DNA from: Catajapyx aquilonaris
Taxonomy: Eukaryota
DNA length: 64,000 nucleotides
Direction of reading: 5' to 3'
Assembly: GCA_000934665.2 (NCBI GenBank)
Contig: JYFJ02000422.1
Coordinates: forward strand, 1-64,000
In this document: positions 42,661 through 57,100 of the stretch, one piece after another
Numbering within the stretch: position 1 is the first letter of the stretch
Layout of the letters: every line of letters begins with the position of its first letter
The notes under the pieces: model-generated
What the model was told of the DNA's origin: nothing
The model's input: only the letters and a program-made list of their open reading frames with translations
The model's database searches: none
Made by a program: the position numbers and the translations under genes

Positions 42661-45600
42661 TATTTGACCAAAAAAAATCAACCCTTTTTTTACGTCACTG
42701 TTATGTCAAGGCAACCCCTCGAAGTGGAAGTGTTTTTTTGAATGTGACGGAGCGTGACGTCGACTGGAGAGAGGATTGACGTACGAGGTCAGGGGGGGTC
42801 GTTTGGCCCCTGGTCACCCCTTGTGCAGGAAAATAGGTCATCCACGTCGGTCATCTCCCGCTCTTTTTGCGTCGCAGCTGCTTTGGCGCCTGGCCAGGTT
42901 CGACGATGAAGCTGCCAAAGTTTTCACAGCATCCTTCCCATAAGATGTCCATAACAATTCTAATGGTTGTTGATTGATTAGCTCAATTACGTGATCCAGG
43001 TAATCAAAATGTTACGTAAAAAAAATGATAGAAAAACGTGAGGCCAGTTGTGCATTTGTGGCGAGCGGCTACTTCCGATAACTGTTTTATCAGTTTTCAA
43101 ATTGGGGATATGCATAACTGCATACGAATTAAAACGGCATTGAAGGAACGTCCGTGACCTTCGCGTGTAACAGAGGGATACGAACGATGGCAGACACTTA
43201 TACCAGCTAATACGTTTGTATATGAGAAAATCTGCCTCATAAACTACGTGGTACAATCGACTTAATCTGTTGATAAGCAATTTGTAGATATGTATTATTG
43301 TTCAACCAGGCTTCCCACGCTGTCTTGAGGTAACCCTTTTTTTTTACGCGAGACAAAACGGAGTTTTACAGACGCAATCAGAAGGCCGACGTTCCTATTC
43401 AGGGACACAACCTGCGGGCTTGGAAACGTCAAACAGGCATGAAGGTCGAGGTGGACTATCAGAAGGCCAATGGACACTAGGAGGGAAAAAAAAAATATTG
43501 ATGATGATGTATCTAGAAGAGGAAGCTAGAAGAGCCTTGAGATCAAGTCAGTTATGTTTTGTAGATTCCAGGAATGAGTATCAGTCATGGGAAATGTTCA
43601 GTCGATGTTTGCCAGTTAGTCAGGCTCGATCTCAATGAATCCGGTTACAACTGCGTCCCGGATGCTGACGTCCCCTTGTCAGAGGCTTGAAAAATTGCCA
43701 CCTGAGGAGATTAGCTTAATGTAGACTGTGGCATATAGGTTGCTATGTAGTCGCTGCGCACTTTCTCTAGCTAGAGAGCAATGTATCTCCTACTACAGTA
43801 ATTTGGGGTGAGTCAATGTGACGAGGGTTTCATAGCAAATATGAGATAGTTTTTTTTTCTTGAAAAAATTATGGAGGAGAGATAACAAATTGATATAGGT
43901 GAAGGTAAATAGACGTGAGGCCATGGTGCTGATAGTTTGTTTCCTGTACGCTCAACGTCTACTTTGCATCAATTTGTGTGCATGTATGCTTATCTACGCG
44001 TTGAAATTTGATAATGACTTCACGTAACCTGGATTCACTCAAACGGCCTTCAGGTCGGTACATGTGTAGTTATGAGACTATACAGGTTATGTAGATACGT
44101 CTAACCATAAATTAGTATGTTATTCGGATTGGTACAACGATATTTAGTTCGATGTTCATTTGAATCGATATTCCGATTTTTTGAGGTCTCTCGCAGTTGA
44201 AGGTACTAAACCTAAACGCATCAACAGAAAGTACGACACGGCGAATAAATCGTGCCCCGTGGCTGGGCAGTCATGATACCCCCGCATTTAGCTCCACCGC
44301 CGTGCTGCCAATACACAGGACACTAACAGTTGGATGGCATCCACAACATGTGTTCCATAATAAGATAAAACAAGAAGCTTGCCTCCGTGCCTGATTGCTC
44401 ATTGGCGTTTCTTGCAGGTCGCCACCTCCGCATTTTTGCCGGGTCGTAAACAAATGGGGGAGGGAGNGGATAAGTCATGGGATACATGGAACTCGGTGGT
44501 CGGCACGTGTACACTAAGTGCAGGCATAGTTTCTAGCTCTACTCCAATGACCCGAAGGCGAAAATGTCAAACCTGTAGTGCATCCGAATCATCTCGGTGT
44601 CTCCTTTTGCCGGCATGTGGATGGGATAACTTACAGGTAGTGGGAGGTGGGGTAGGGGGTGGGGGGGAACATAATCCGGACACTGACAGCATCAGGTCGA
44701 CGGCTGAGGAATATGCGGCATTGATTATTTTGCAGGGAGCGTGCGCTTATGTAACTCATACTGTACGACTATAAAAGGGACTTCCAGGTAATTTCTCCGG
44801 AGAAGTTGCGCAATAGCGCATTATAGTTGCTTAGAAATGATGTGCCTTTTATATTAATTAGTGCTGTTCAGCTCCATAAAATTAGGGTGAAAAACGTAAT
44901 TTTAAAAAAACTATGTATTGTGCGGTATTTTGAAATATGGATAATATATTTTCTGAATTTCACATGATCAAGAGTTATTAGCTCTTGGTATTACTACAGC
45001 TGCACACAGACATACTGTATCGAATTTTTGTTTTTGATGTCAATGTTCGATATTTTATATACGCAATTTTGAATATATCGAATTTATGAAATAAGGATTT
45101 GATATGTGGAGAATTTCATATTGCTCATCTCTAGTGAATCCCTAATGACCGTACCATAGTCTGGTGAACATTTCGGAATAACTGAAGTGCACATTTAGTA
45201 TCCCAGTGAATTTGGCAATCAAATTCTCCTGTAGCATATTGCAGCTAGACATTATTTCACTTAGTGGGCCAATTAGCTTTCATTTTGCCAGCGAACCAAT
45301 CTTGTCTCCAACAGTGCAGCGTCTCCATTGAACGGGCAACGAAACCCACAGGACTTAGCATCCCTCCTCACTTAATTAGCGCCTACCTGTAGTCGTCGAG
45401 AGTGCATGAAATAATGAAGTCCTGAGAAGCGTGCTGACAACATTAACGAGCGGTTTTCAAACTTTTTCTCCACTTTTTTCACCAAATTTTCCTCTCTCTG
45501 CCGGTACAAGAGTTTAATTGGTATCCGCTTTTTCATGCTTGGTTTACCCCATTACATGCGCACGTGTGTGTGCCTATGGAATAGAAGCAGACTTGTTACA

Positions 45601-47941
45601 GTTTGGAGCTACTGTAGGCAGGGTTCCAGTAAATTCGAGGTCATACATAATTGGCTGGTGCCTGAGCGCAAGGTCTATGCCCCATAGCTGCTGGCATGTC
45701 GCAGAATCTCTGCCTGCCCTTTTACGATACGTGCTCTATCATTTCGAAGGTGCTTTTTTGGGTCACCTCTCGTTCCAAAGGTGATGATGGGTCCGCTTTT
45801 AAAGAAACGCCTATGTGCTACACAGGTGCCAACAGGAAGGTGAAAGTAATGTCATACTACAGTATAAGTGTTCGCTGTAGAACATATATTAAATTTTTTT
45901 CCAAATTAAGGATTCGTCTTAACCACATGTAATAAGGGGAAAGAAATGATGTCATTTTCAATTTTATACATGGTATGCATTTACTAAGTTTTAAAAACCT
46001 ATCAATAAATAATCTCATTGAGTATGACAACTGTAGTTGACGCAACAGAAAGAGCGACTGAATATCACACAGTAAACTGTATGAACAGCTTAGTTACATC
46101 ATGCTTTAATATTTATAATTAGATTCTGTATTGTTCTAGCAGTCCGTTTCCCCCACTTGCTGTGGGACTTACCCTGTGACCCTGAATAAAATACTAGATG
46201 CGATATGTAGATACTTGTACTATAGTCTACAGCATATTCCTGAAACCCTAATGAGCAAGAAAATATAGCAAATATATTTCAGCCAGTGGATTTAGATAAT
46301 GTAGCCACTATACAACAAATACAAAACAGGCCATGATATAATCTACTGTATACCTTCTCATATCAGCGCTATCAAGAGATTTACATCATGTAAGTTGGGC
46401 ATTTACACTTCTTGTCCTACGTAAAATCATGACAGCGCGAAAATGGCGCATAATTCTCATGATATCACAGGAACATGCGATTCACCACAATGAGACAGAG
46501 TGTATTGTGTGACGTGGACTTGTATAATCTCTCATTTTTTTTTGTTAATAGGTCAGCACTTGATTCATTCACGCGATTAATAATAGCTCCAGGCGATACC
46601 CTATAGACAGTAGATTTATACGATACTCAAATAGTTCGGGAACAGTTAGCTTAAGAAGTGTATTGACACCGGGACGTCGATACTGTGTGACTCAAACTCG
46701 TACAGCTGGAACGTTCTGGATTCATGTGACGTCATGCATCGAAATGCGTATGTGGACTTGTGTAGAGTATGTGCGATCATGTGAGGCCGTTTGTATTCAG
46801 TGGCACCTTTCCAAGAAAGTAAATAAAAAAAAAAGCGCGAGAGAAACCCGGCGGGTAAACATCTTTTGGGTCGAACGATGCAGAAAAAGTGACAATGTTG
46901 GTATGGTATACATAATACGTAGTTGGCGACGCGGATATTTTTTTTCGTCGCACGGGGAGTAAACACACTCTCTCCCACAGGGTGCCTCATTGGAACTAGA
47001 ATAAGTTGTCGTAGGTCAGGTACTGTGCGTCATCAAATAACGTTTCTGAATCTCGCTTGGAGGTCAATCCAATAATAACGTATTCTTGGGAAAAAAAGCA
47101 CAGCCGGTTTGGCGTGATCTGCGACTGATGATTTTCACGTGCGTATGTGAAAAGTTATCTAGGTATATTCAGATAAGATAAAGCGCTATATAGTTGTTGG
47201 TAACAAACATTGGCGATAGATTTGGGAGACAGTATTCGCGATTACGACGGAATAAACAGGTTGAGGACCTACTTTACTTCTAATGTGTGCATACACACTA
47301 TAATATAGCTGATGCGATAGCGCCGCAAAATACCATCACTTACATTAGCTAGTAATGGACGACTCACGCGTTGTCCTATCCAACCTTGTTCGCAATAAGT
47401 CCTGTAAGCTGGACTCAATTGTGCGTTACATAAACAGTGCTGGCTCATATACTGCAAATTTCCGGACAGGGAAACGGAATCGGGAGTCGATATCTAGGAG
47501 ACCAATTTCAGTGCAAACGCGTGATTGGGATCTGAGCAAATAATTCATTCCGTCTAGTTAGCAAGGTCAGCTTCGCAAATTATTCAAGGGGGGTTCCGAG
47601 AATATTTTGGTGATTAATTTCGGCCCTGGTCGTGCTAAGGGGACTAGCTGCTGCGTTTACTTTTGTCAACCAAGGAAATTGTTGCTATAGATTTCGATTC
47701 GAGTAGGAAGCATTGGGAAATGGAGAGACGCAACTGATTCATTCTGAATATACTGTATACAGTATGTTATACACACTATGCGGCAGATAATAAGATTAGG
47801 TAAATCTATAATTATGCAGTTTGGCCGGGCACAAGAGTATAACTGCCTGCTGTATGAAATAACAGCTCCCCAGCACACCGTATAGCGAAGTTAACACCGT
47901 ATTAATCAATAGTGTATTATGTAAATTAATCTAGGTTATAA

Positions 47942-48112
47942 TTCCATTTGACATTCCATGAACCAACGAAACTGATTATCTTTGATGTATATAATTTTCG
48001 CATGTATGTGGGCAAATATATGTCTATGGGCTCTGTAAGAGATGGGGTTGTGTCCCCCTATAGGAGCTATGCTCCAGCACGGGGTAAAATAAACAAACAA
48101 ACAAACAAACAA
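47942..48112 (+). mobile_element. 5'-truncated non-LTR retroelement fragment with (AAAC)n tail and 15-bp TSD
   Basis: TSD taatctaggttataa at 47927-47941 and 48113-48127; (AAAC)5 tail just before the second copy. Confidence 0.8.
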
Positions 48113-51100
48113 TAATCTAGGTTATAACAAACTGTCAGATTCTGGGTAATGGATAATAAGTGCGGAGGGAAGGGAAATGTAACTTCTCATTGTATAGAGC
48201 CTGCAGGGTAAATATTTTACATGTGGCAAATATTGTGTAAATACATCCTAATTTGCATATTTGCCATTTTGAATGTTTTAATCTCATATTTGAGAAAAAT
48301 ACGCAAAATTATTGCAGAAAGCTATTAAGATGTTTGCAACATTGTGGAGACTCTAGGGACAACAATAACAGATTATGAACATAATTTTTACCGTAATGCA
48401 GTGGTGACGAATTTTTCTCATGTTACAACCATCAGCTTTACTTTTTTGTATGTGTTTTAAGGCACCCATGCCACCTTGACCGTTTCGACTTGGGAGCCTG
48501 TCCCATTGGTNGGGGGGGGAATTTAATGACTCAGCTGTATCAAGTGGAAACTATTTTCTTTACCTTGTTCTTTACATTGTGTGAAACTGACACTGTGTGA
48601 TTGTTTCTTTCACCCATAATTTCACTCTAAACCGTGCCGATGCTGATGCATGAGTAAAACTGTGAAAAATTGGCATCGTTCTATTTGCAATAGAATGTGG
48701 CAATTTGCAACGGAGGCGGGGTTGCATATATAGGCACCAGCTTTTACATAGTAGTTCATTTACCTTACACCTGAATGCACTAGGTATGAAACCGTCCGAT
48801 GACCAATGCAATAATCAAGTGCATGTGCTAGGAATGACCTTCACACATTTATTGTGCTGGAATTTCTACGATTCACTTTAGTTTATTGCACTGAATTTAA
48901 GTTTATTGAACAGCAAATTTACTGCTCTATTCTGCTACATGCTGGTATATTCTGCCGTATCCCCAAATCATCTCATACCCATATTGCATGACGCCCTTGG
49001 GCAATTTGCAAATTACAATTTAAATTGAGATAAAAAGGATTTTTACGGTTATGCCTGGATCTGCGCCTGATATTTTAAATTCACTTTGTATTAGTATAGT
49101 ACTGTCTTTTTTAATGCATATTGCGAAGAGAAATTATCATTGTAATTGCATTACTCCGACCTTAGGACATGTCACCGGAAGTCGAGAATGCTAGTTCATT
49201 ATTAGCTTTTTTTTTTGTTACTGATATTCAGTATACATGTACCGTAGAGCGACAAGAATGGCCCTGTAGAAGTCTCGCACCCAATGACCCCCACCCCAAA
49301 ACCTGCACGTAATTTGCTTTCACGACAAGGAAAATTGTAGTAGGCCTACTCTGCATATCATATCAAATAGGAAGAAGTAGGGGGAGGTCCCGAGGTCTTC
49401 TTCCCTGAACTGTTGCGAAATACTTATTACACTGACGCATTTTGATAACGGCCTGATTACTTCCCCCATACTCCCTCATATTCCATCGTATATTTTGACT
49501 GCCGCAGGTACTTCCAACAATTTCCACATCCATTAATTTAATTGTGACATCTGGGTTGCATTACTCAATATAAAATAGGATTTAACGGATGTTATTTAAT
49601 GTTTATTAATTGTTGCCAACTTAAATCACGATCAGATCATATATTTTCAGTGGTGAAACCCTACCTTCGTGGATTAATTAATGTACTGTACATCAGATGA
49701 TGTAACCGTTCTCTAATTTGCGAAGGCACTGTTGTAATTAATTTTTGCATTGCATATCCTTATATGCCAGTGACCATGCCCATTGAAATTTATTATTTGC
49801 AGTAATATGCAATTTTTAAAAAATGTCTACATTCTATGGCACGATGAATGGGATATGAGTGCATCAATTTGGCTCAACCTTACAAATTACCCGTAGCAAA
49901 TGGATTACCTCAGGCACGTGCATTGCTATCTATCCAATGCAACGATCAGGGGTAATAAATGATAACGTGGAAAATGTGTTCAGATTCTCATCAAGACTCT
50001 ATACGACCCAGATGCTGCCGGCTGCAGACTCAGGTGTAATAATACCTGTGCCATACGCCCTGATGACTATCCAAGCTCACACGGTATATTACATCGCATA
50101 CTGTACATGATGGGTATATTTTGAGAAAAAGGCAAGTTTCGACCCTTTGGAGGATAATACCACGATATATTTTGATTCAGTAGTCCCAGGACGACCTTTC
50201 CATCCCCGGGAACGATTCGAATAGGAATGAAAAAAATAGGGTGGGAATCACGAAAAGAGGTGGGCTCGTGACATGGCATGTAGCGCCGCATCACATAAGC
50301 ATCTGGAGCGAGGGGTTCGCACGCAAGAGGTGGATTCTGCCCAAGGACGTCAGTAGTTAGGTGGGGTGATGGGGGGTGGGTAAGGGGCTTGTGTTATTCC
50401 AAAAGCTGCCTTGGAAACGGGCGCCGGCCATTAAATGTAGAGCCAGAAGCGGAACGGGGTCCGATTGTTTTATGGATCGGACAGCGCCCGCCCTCCCATG
50501 CATGGGTCAAGGAGGTTCAAATCTACAGCTTTTCGCGCGTGGACGGCACCCGGTACAGATCGTACTTTGCGCCTGGGTTGGAGGCAGGGGATTGGTGGTA
50601 GGGAAGGATGGCCACCGACGATTGGTTCGTCAATATTACGCTAATGATGGTTAATTTGCACGTATAGGACTTCCCAGCGGTAGAGCATGTGGGTAGTGCT
50701 CTTCCGGAAAATACGTCATGGCCATATGGTATACGTCAAATGAAGGATGTAACTCGAAGTTTGGACCTGCATTGCAGTGATGTAATTCCAGACGCAATAT
50801 TATAAGCCTCTTATATCATTTCTTGGGTTCGATTAGACGCGATCAGTCCATTCGTTATCGTTGACTAGACCTCTGCGGTCTCACTCTCGCCACATCTCAA
50901 ATTAAATATTGGCTATATACGCCACCGAATATATTCAACCCGGCTGCGCTTATTTCTGGAAGTTAATGAACCGTTACTCATCTTGCATAATGACATCCTT
51001 CATATGAGATGTGCAGGAGGAACGAAGGTTGAAGTGCACCCCCCCACCCCACCCCTCAAATGTCAGTCTGCTACAGTGTCCATCACAAATATATTTTTTT

Positions 51101-54100
51101 CTCTCGATTAAATCTTGTCGATATCATTGACCTGCAATACCCTGCTGTTACTATGCTAAATAAACATTTGCTACTTATGTTCATAATTTTTTTTTTTTGC
51201 GTGCGAGCTATACCTGATGCTGACCATTCCACATGGTAATTATATTCATTCGCAATGACGTGAGCGATACTTATGACGCAAAGGTACATGTCCACCGGTT
51301 GTTTCTCCCCTGCTGGCATGGCCTTGGGAATAATAGGAAAGTTGGTGTCTTCGTAGGAAAAAAAAATAAGGAGATGCAGTAAGCCGGACTGGGGTAACAT
51401 CGGAGCCTTGTTGCATCTTCTCCGATGCACATGATCCATGGTAAATTGTATCACAATGTGATGGTAATGGGAGTCAATAGGAACAGGATCCGGGCTGTTA
51501 TCGTCGTCTCAAGACGGTTTGACCTCATTTATTCACACATGTGTGACGTTCCATTAATTTGTGGCGGGACATACAGTATGGTGCAAAAAAAAAAGAGGGT
51601 GACGGACGGTACTGTTGGGGAGATATGGGCCAGACACCATGGGGTTATGGTTTTTGGAATTTTGGTCTTCGTCCCTCCTGCTCTGATTGACCAAGTGTGA
51701 CCGTGACACGTCAGGGATCACTAACCATGTTACGTCATTCGCACGTCATAACCTATACACGCTTCATTAATTAAGCTTGCTGTTCACATCTTTTGTTTGC
51801 TTATTTTTAGGCAGCAGGTTCAAGGTGTAAAGGTAGAGGAAGTTGACCTCTAAGGTGACTTTCTCAGTGTAATGTACTCAGGTGCCTTATTAAATCAAAA
51901 GCTGCGAATTAAGCTCTGTGAATCACTTCACATATGCGATACACGCTTGTTTACAGGTTTTGTGCAGGTTGCATCTGCAGAGATGAATATATTATAATAC
52001 GGCTGGTCACGTACACTGTACTACCTCTGTAATGAAAATTATCGGATATCGGGGTTTTAAGACGTGAACATAATTCACCTTGAAAGTGACTTCCAGGGGA
52101 AGTTCAAGGTGAGTCGAGTTTTGTGGGAAGTTTCCAAGCGGGATTAGTTTTCCCTTTCAACTAACCTCATTTTCCCTTCGTCTAAAGCGAAACGCGTCAA
52201 GCAGGAATACTGTATATCTCACTTCTCATTTCACATTAATATGTTTGGACACCCCCCACCCCTTAAAAAAAAAATCGAATTTCATGTATTGGAAAACGGG
52301 GTGAATCGGTTCAGCTAATGTACTGAACTAGAACATGTTTGGACTTGTCGTATTTTTAGGAAAGCATATGGGACAGAATTTCAAGGTCAAGGATTAAGAA
52401 TTTTATCTTGGGCGCCCACAAGTCAGGAAGAAAGACATACCTGCCTCGGTCTAATTATAGTATGCAGGAATGTATCGTGCATTCTTTTTTTTGTGTGTGT
52501 GTATCAGCCCATTATTGTAGTTTACGGTATGTAACCCATTTGTTGACACCGGTGTCTGTACCGCTATTACGTGCCTTGCCTTCGTTATGTCAGACGGCAC
52601 GGGAATCACTTTAACCCAGCTTTCGACACCATGTTTTTTTTTCCACGCCCTTGGCATGAGTAACAGGCGCGCCGACAACAGAAGCACAAAAGAGTGACAT
52701 TCTTTAATGGCCGACTTCCCCGAAAAAAGAGGCTGGGGGTGGGGGGACTAGCGAGGCCACAGGTATATAGTCCAAAATTCTTCCTGGACCTTGAATTTTA
52801 TCAACCCCCTCCTCTTTTTTTTCTAGGAAAGAGGGTTGTCCTACATATTGTTTGAAATCCTGACCTACATCACAATTGATTCCACTCAAGTTGTGTGATC
52901 TAAATGTTAAATATTTTAGGCCCAATATGTAAAACGGATTGTGAGCGTGGTATAAACAAGAGGGGTTTTAAAAAAGTGCTTAGGCAGATAATAAAAAAAA
53001 GGAAGTAAGGAGGGCAAGGTTGACGGAGGCTTGATTAGGCTACTGAGAAGCCTCATTGACGTCAGGGAATATCAGGGCGGTTAGACTGGAAAGTGGCCTG
53101 TCGGTGACCTACTCAAAGTCAGCTGACAGGGCATATGTGTATTAGAATACGCTGTACTGTATGTCACGTTTACAGTGCTCGTATGGAATCTTACCCGATA
53201 ATGTATTGTGTGAAGGGGTGGAGCGATGCAGATATGGGATATCGGATATCGATTACAAATGGCGGCATCGATAAAGTTGACTGTACAATTTAAAGAACAT
53301 AATATTGAGCATATGCACTCGTGGCAATGTTTTTTTTATTTAAAAAAAATAGGATTGCACAAAGTGCATTCAGTGATTGGATGTATTTTTGTGCTCCAGC
53401 TCGGATGCAAAAATGCATTTTTGGAATGCGTACACACTCTGGCCGAAATAAACATGGTGCACTGAACTTCCCAGAATAAACACCTGGCTTATAGTGGGCT
53501 GAATTCCGGAAGAGGTCACCTCCCTAACACGTACTCCTTCGGCATGTACAAACACACACACCCAAATCGTGTGAAATCATGTGCACTATTCGTGATCTTT
53601 TCTTATACTATATATTTTTAACGGCCAGTTATCTCTGACGCAGTTTAGAGGAGATAGGAAGTTTCATGTATATATTTTTTTTGTACCGGTGTCAAAGGGG
53701 TGACCGGCGATTTTTTTGGACTTGGTAATTGAGGGATTGAATGATGGTAGGGCTGTTTGTAAGGAACACACAAAAAGCGAAGGTTACCTTGGCTGACAGT
53801 GACCTTCTGTTTTTGGTGTCCTCCAGTAAAAGCAAAAGGGTTACGTCTCTCCTGTATTTATGACCGAATTCTGGTGCTATAAAAAGGGCAATAAATGGCT
53901 CGTGGTAAAAGAGTGCAATATTCTAATTTGCTGCTGCTGTCACTATACACACACAGGCACTCTCAGCAATATTTAACCTTTGTTGCTGGAATGTACGTAA
54001 AGAGTCGACCTTTGAGTTGACAACAATAGCTACGTTTTATAACATGGCGGTATAAGAATACCTATGAAGTAATTTTAAAATAATTTTGATAGGCTTCGAA

Positions 54101-57100
54101 TTTTAAAATTGTAATTAGCTCTCATTGCAATAAATATATTTTCCCGTTCATGACAATTATGGAGCTGAACCTGGGGGAAGGTAACTCATCAGTGCTAGTA
54201 CCTTTTATTGGATATGATGCAGGTGTGGAGGTTACGCAACAATAATAAGCACATATCAGGTGCTAGCGAAAATTATTTGCCACCTCGTGAAAACTGCGCA
54301 TTGTTTACCCGAGTAGCTCCAATCATCAACGACCTTGATATTTTCACCTGCGATATGTTCACAAGGCAATCCGAATCCATGTGAAAATTATTTTCGTATC
54401 CCATGCAAAAATTTACGTGGGATCTTCTTTTTTATTCCACAAGAGAAGTATCTGGAACGACTTTGACCTTCTTAGTAAGACCTTGGCTGACACAGGCGCA
54501 CGTGCCAGTACACACAGCTCGGGGGAAGAGGATCTATTATTGTTGCACTAGAGTTCAGCACTGAAAAGTATACATCTTGAAAGAAGTTTCAAACATCGTG
54601 GTTTTTGCTTCAAGTCCGGGAACTGGGTTAAAAGACAGGCAACAGATTGGACTTTGAACTTTGGTCGGTACCCCAAATACGAACAAGAGGGTCTTTACCA
54701 AAGGGGGGGATTGGTGGAGCCCCAGGGATAAGAAAAGCACTGGATTAAAAGAGCATCGTCGCATGTGATGCCACTGATTAGATTATGAGCGTTCAGAGGG
54801 CGACGTCTCACGTCAGCAGACAACATCCGTAATTTGACAAGGTGTCCGCCTACCTCTGGGATACTTGGAAGGTGGGGGTTTAGGTCCCAAATTTTGTAGG
54901 GTTACTGCAAGGTCGGGAGAACCAAAACAGTTTATGATGTGGCAGACCTTCTCCTGAAACTGGCAGGGGGTTTTACATTGTCAGGCAAGGGTGCTGACAT
55001 TGTCTTGCAATAATCATTTGAGCAGTTTTTGTTGGGGTGCCGGACCAGTCGGCCCAAGGACAGGAAGAGAGTTATATGAGAAAGGTGATAATCAGCGAAG
55101 GACGCTCAATTCATATAACGCATATCAGAGTTACACTTTTTTTATATTAGTTAAGTGACTGGTGACATCAAAGTACGAGCTGCAAGAAAAGCTTTTTCGT
55201 AAAGTAAACATGACCGATAAGCTTTGCTCTAGAACTTTCAACTGTAAACGAGATTACAAAAATTGCCAGAGGGAGGGAACCAAAAAGGATGTGTATTTGT
55301 ACAGGAAACCGTTCAAATTACCTCCCCCTGCTAAGCCCCACCCAGAAAAAAAAAAAAACTTTTGGAAATGATGCGACCAACCTGATTTTCTTAGCATATA
55401 TTGAGAATAGGTGGCAATAATGTTGTTGGAAAGAAACAATGAATTTTCGGGGAACCACACTCCGATTCGCGCCTGGAACGAAGATGATGTAGGTTTTCCC
55501 CACATAGTCCTCACTCCATTATGATGATATATAAGAGGACGATAAGGTATCTTGTACCACGTTGGCACTTTTGGCAGGGACTCGTGGTTGGATTCAAGTA
55601 ATGTCGATAAGCAGGACCGATAGTAATTAATTAATCTCTCAAGGTCATGGGCTTTGAGCGATCCAACCCTCTTTAAGGGCGCAGGTGTTCCTAATGACCA
55701 GTACGTTCTTTATTCACCGTACCATGCCGTACCTACGTGATGACCGAGAGTAGGTAACATCCCAGGAGTGAGTGATTTATGTGTAGGAATATTAGTATAC
55801 AATGTTTTACCTACTTACACTCGGCAGTATGAATGGTGTGTTAAGTGTGTGTATCTTGTTGACGAGGTCGACAGAACCGACAATATCGCCTCTTCTCAGA
55901 AATGAACGCATGAATGGGGATAAAAAAACAAAAAAGGATCCGGGTCCAGTTCTTACGCGGCACGTAACCCTGCCAGCATACAAAGGTACACCGACCTACC
56001 GTACTGTATGACGTTAGCGTCTATCCGGTATATACATGAAGAGATAGTTGTTGATCCAACTGTCAGTCAATCATGTGCTCAACAATCTGTCCACTCTTGT
56101 TACGCGATAATTCCTTCATTATAATTTTTTTATGTCATCGTCTTCTGTCCCGTGGGGTCATTTCCGACTTATTATGATAGGTACGTCATTTGCACAGTGA
56201 CGTCAATGCGGCATTTACTTTTATTACAGAGGTACAAAGGGTAACCTGTCTGGTGATAACGAGATCCGCTAGAGTTAAAAGATTAACAGTGTAAAAATCT
56301 GGAATGTACCCTTTTTCCAAATAGAACTTTGTAGCATTGTTAAGTTCGGACTATGAAACGTATGCTAAACCAGCAGAACATGTTTCGCATAAAGTATGGA
56401 ATTCCTGACGTAAAAGAGAGGACTGATAAGGAATATCCCAAGGATTTATTTATATTCTGTAAAAAACCTGGAAGATAGTACTGCACACAGAGTAATAACT
56501 GACCTACATACAGGCACCCAATAAGCTTTACGGACGTCTTGCCTACTGGTTCGCCTTATATGTTACGATCACAGTTGCTAATGTTGAAGGCTATTAATAT
56601 CTTACAAAAACTATTAATATATCCTATTACTTAACTCACCTATGGGATTTTATTTGTTCTAATATTTCATCAAGGAGTTAGTATCCGATCAACTCACGCA
56701 ATTTGAACCGACACGAACACCCATAATATACATATGTCCCCAACTTTTATTATTATTTTGATCCTTTTTTTTTTTTACTGGACTAAAGTCTCCCCAACTT
56801 GAGGGCACGAGTAAGACTCCCCCATTACAATCGTACTGGACATGCCCCAAGTTTTGATTCCAACCAGCGATCAAGTCTCACCGTATAATTCGAGTTGTCA
56901 ATGACAGTTATTGGCCACACATGAATACATTGGCAAGCGCCATTCGAAATGAATCGCGTGCCCAGTCAGCTCAGTCGGCACAAGAACGGATCGAAGTCAG
57001 AAGGGGCCATTCAGAAGGGTTGGCGTGAATGAAATCAGACTTATACCAGACTCGTGCAGAGGAAGGAAATGGAGGAAGCCTCCCGATTGAAAGAAAGAAA

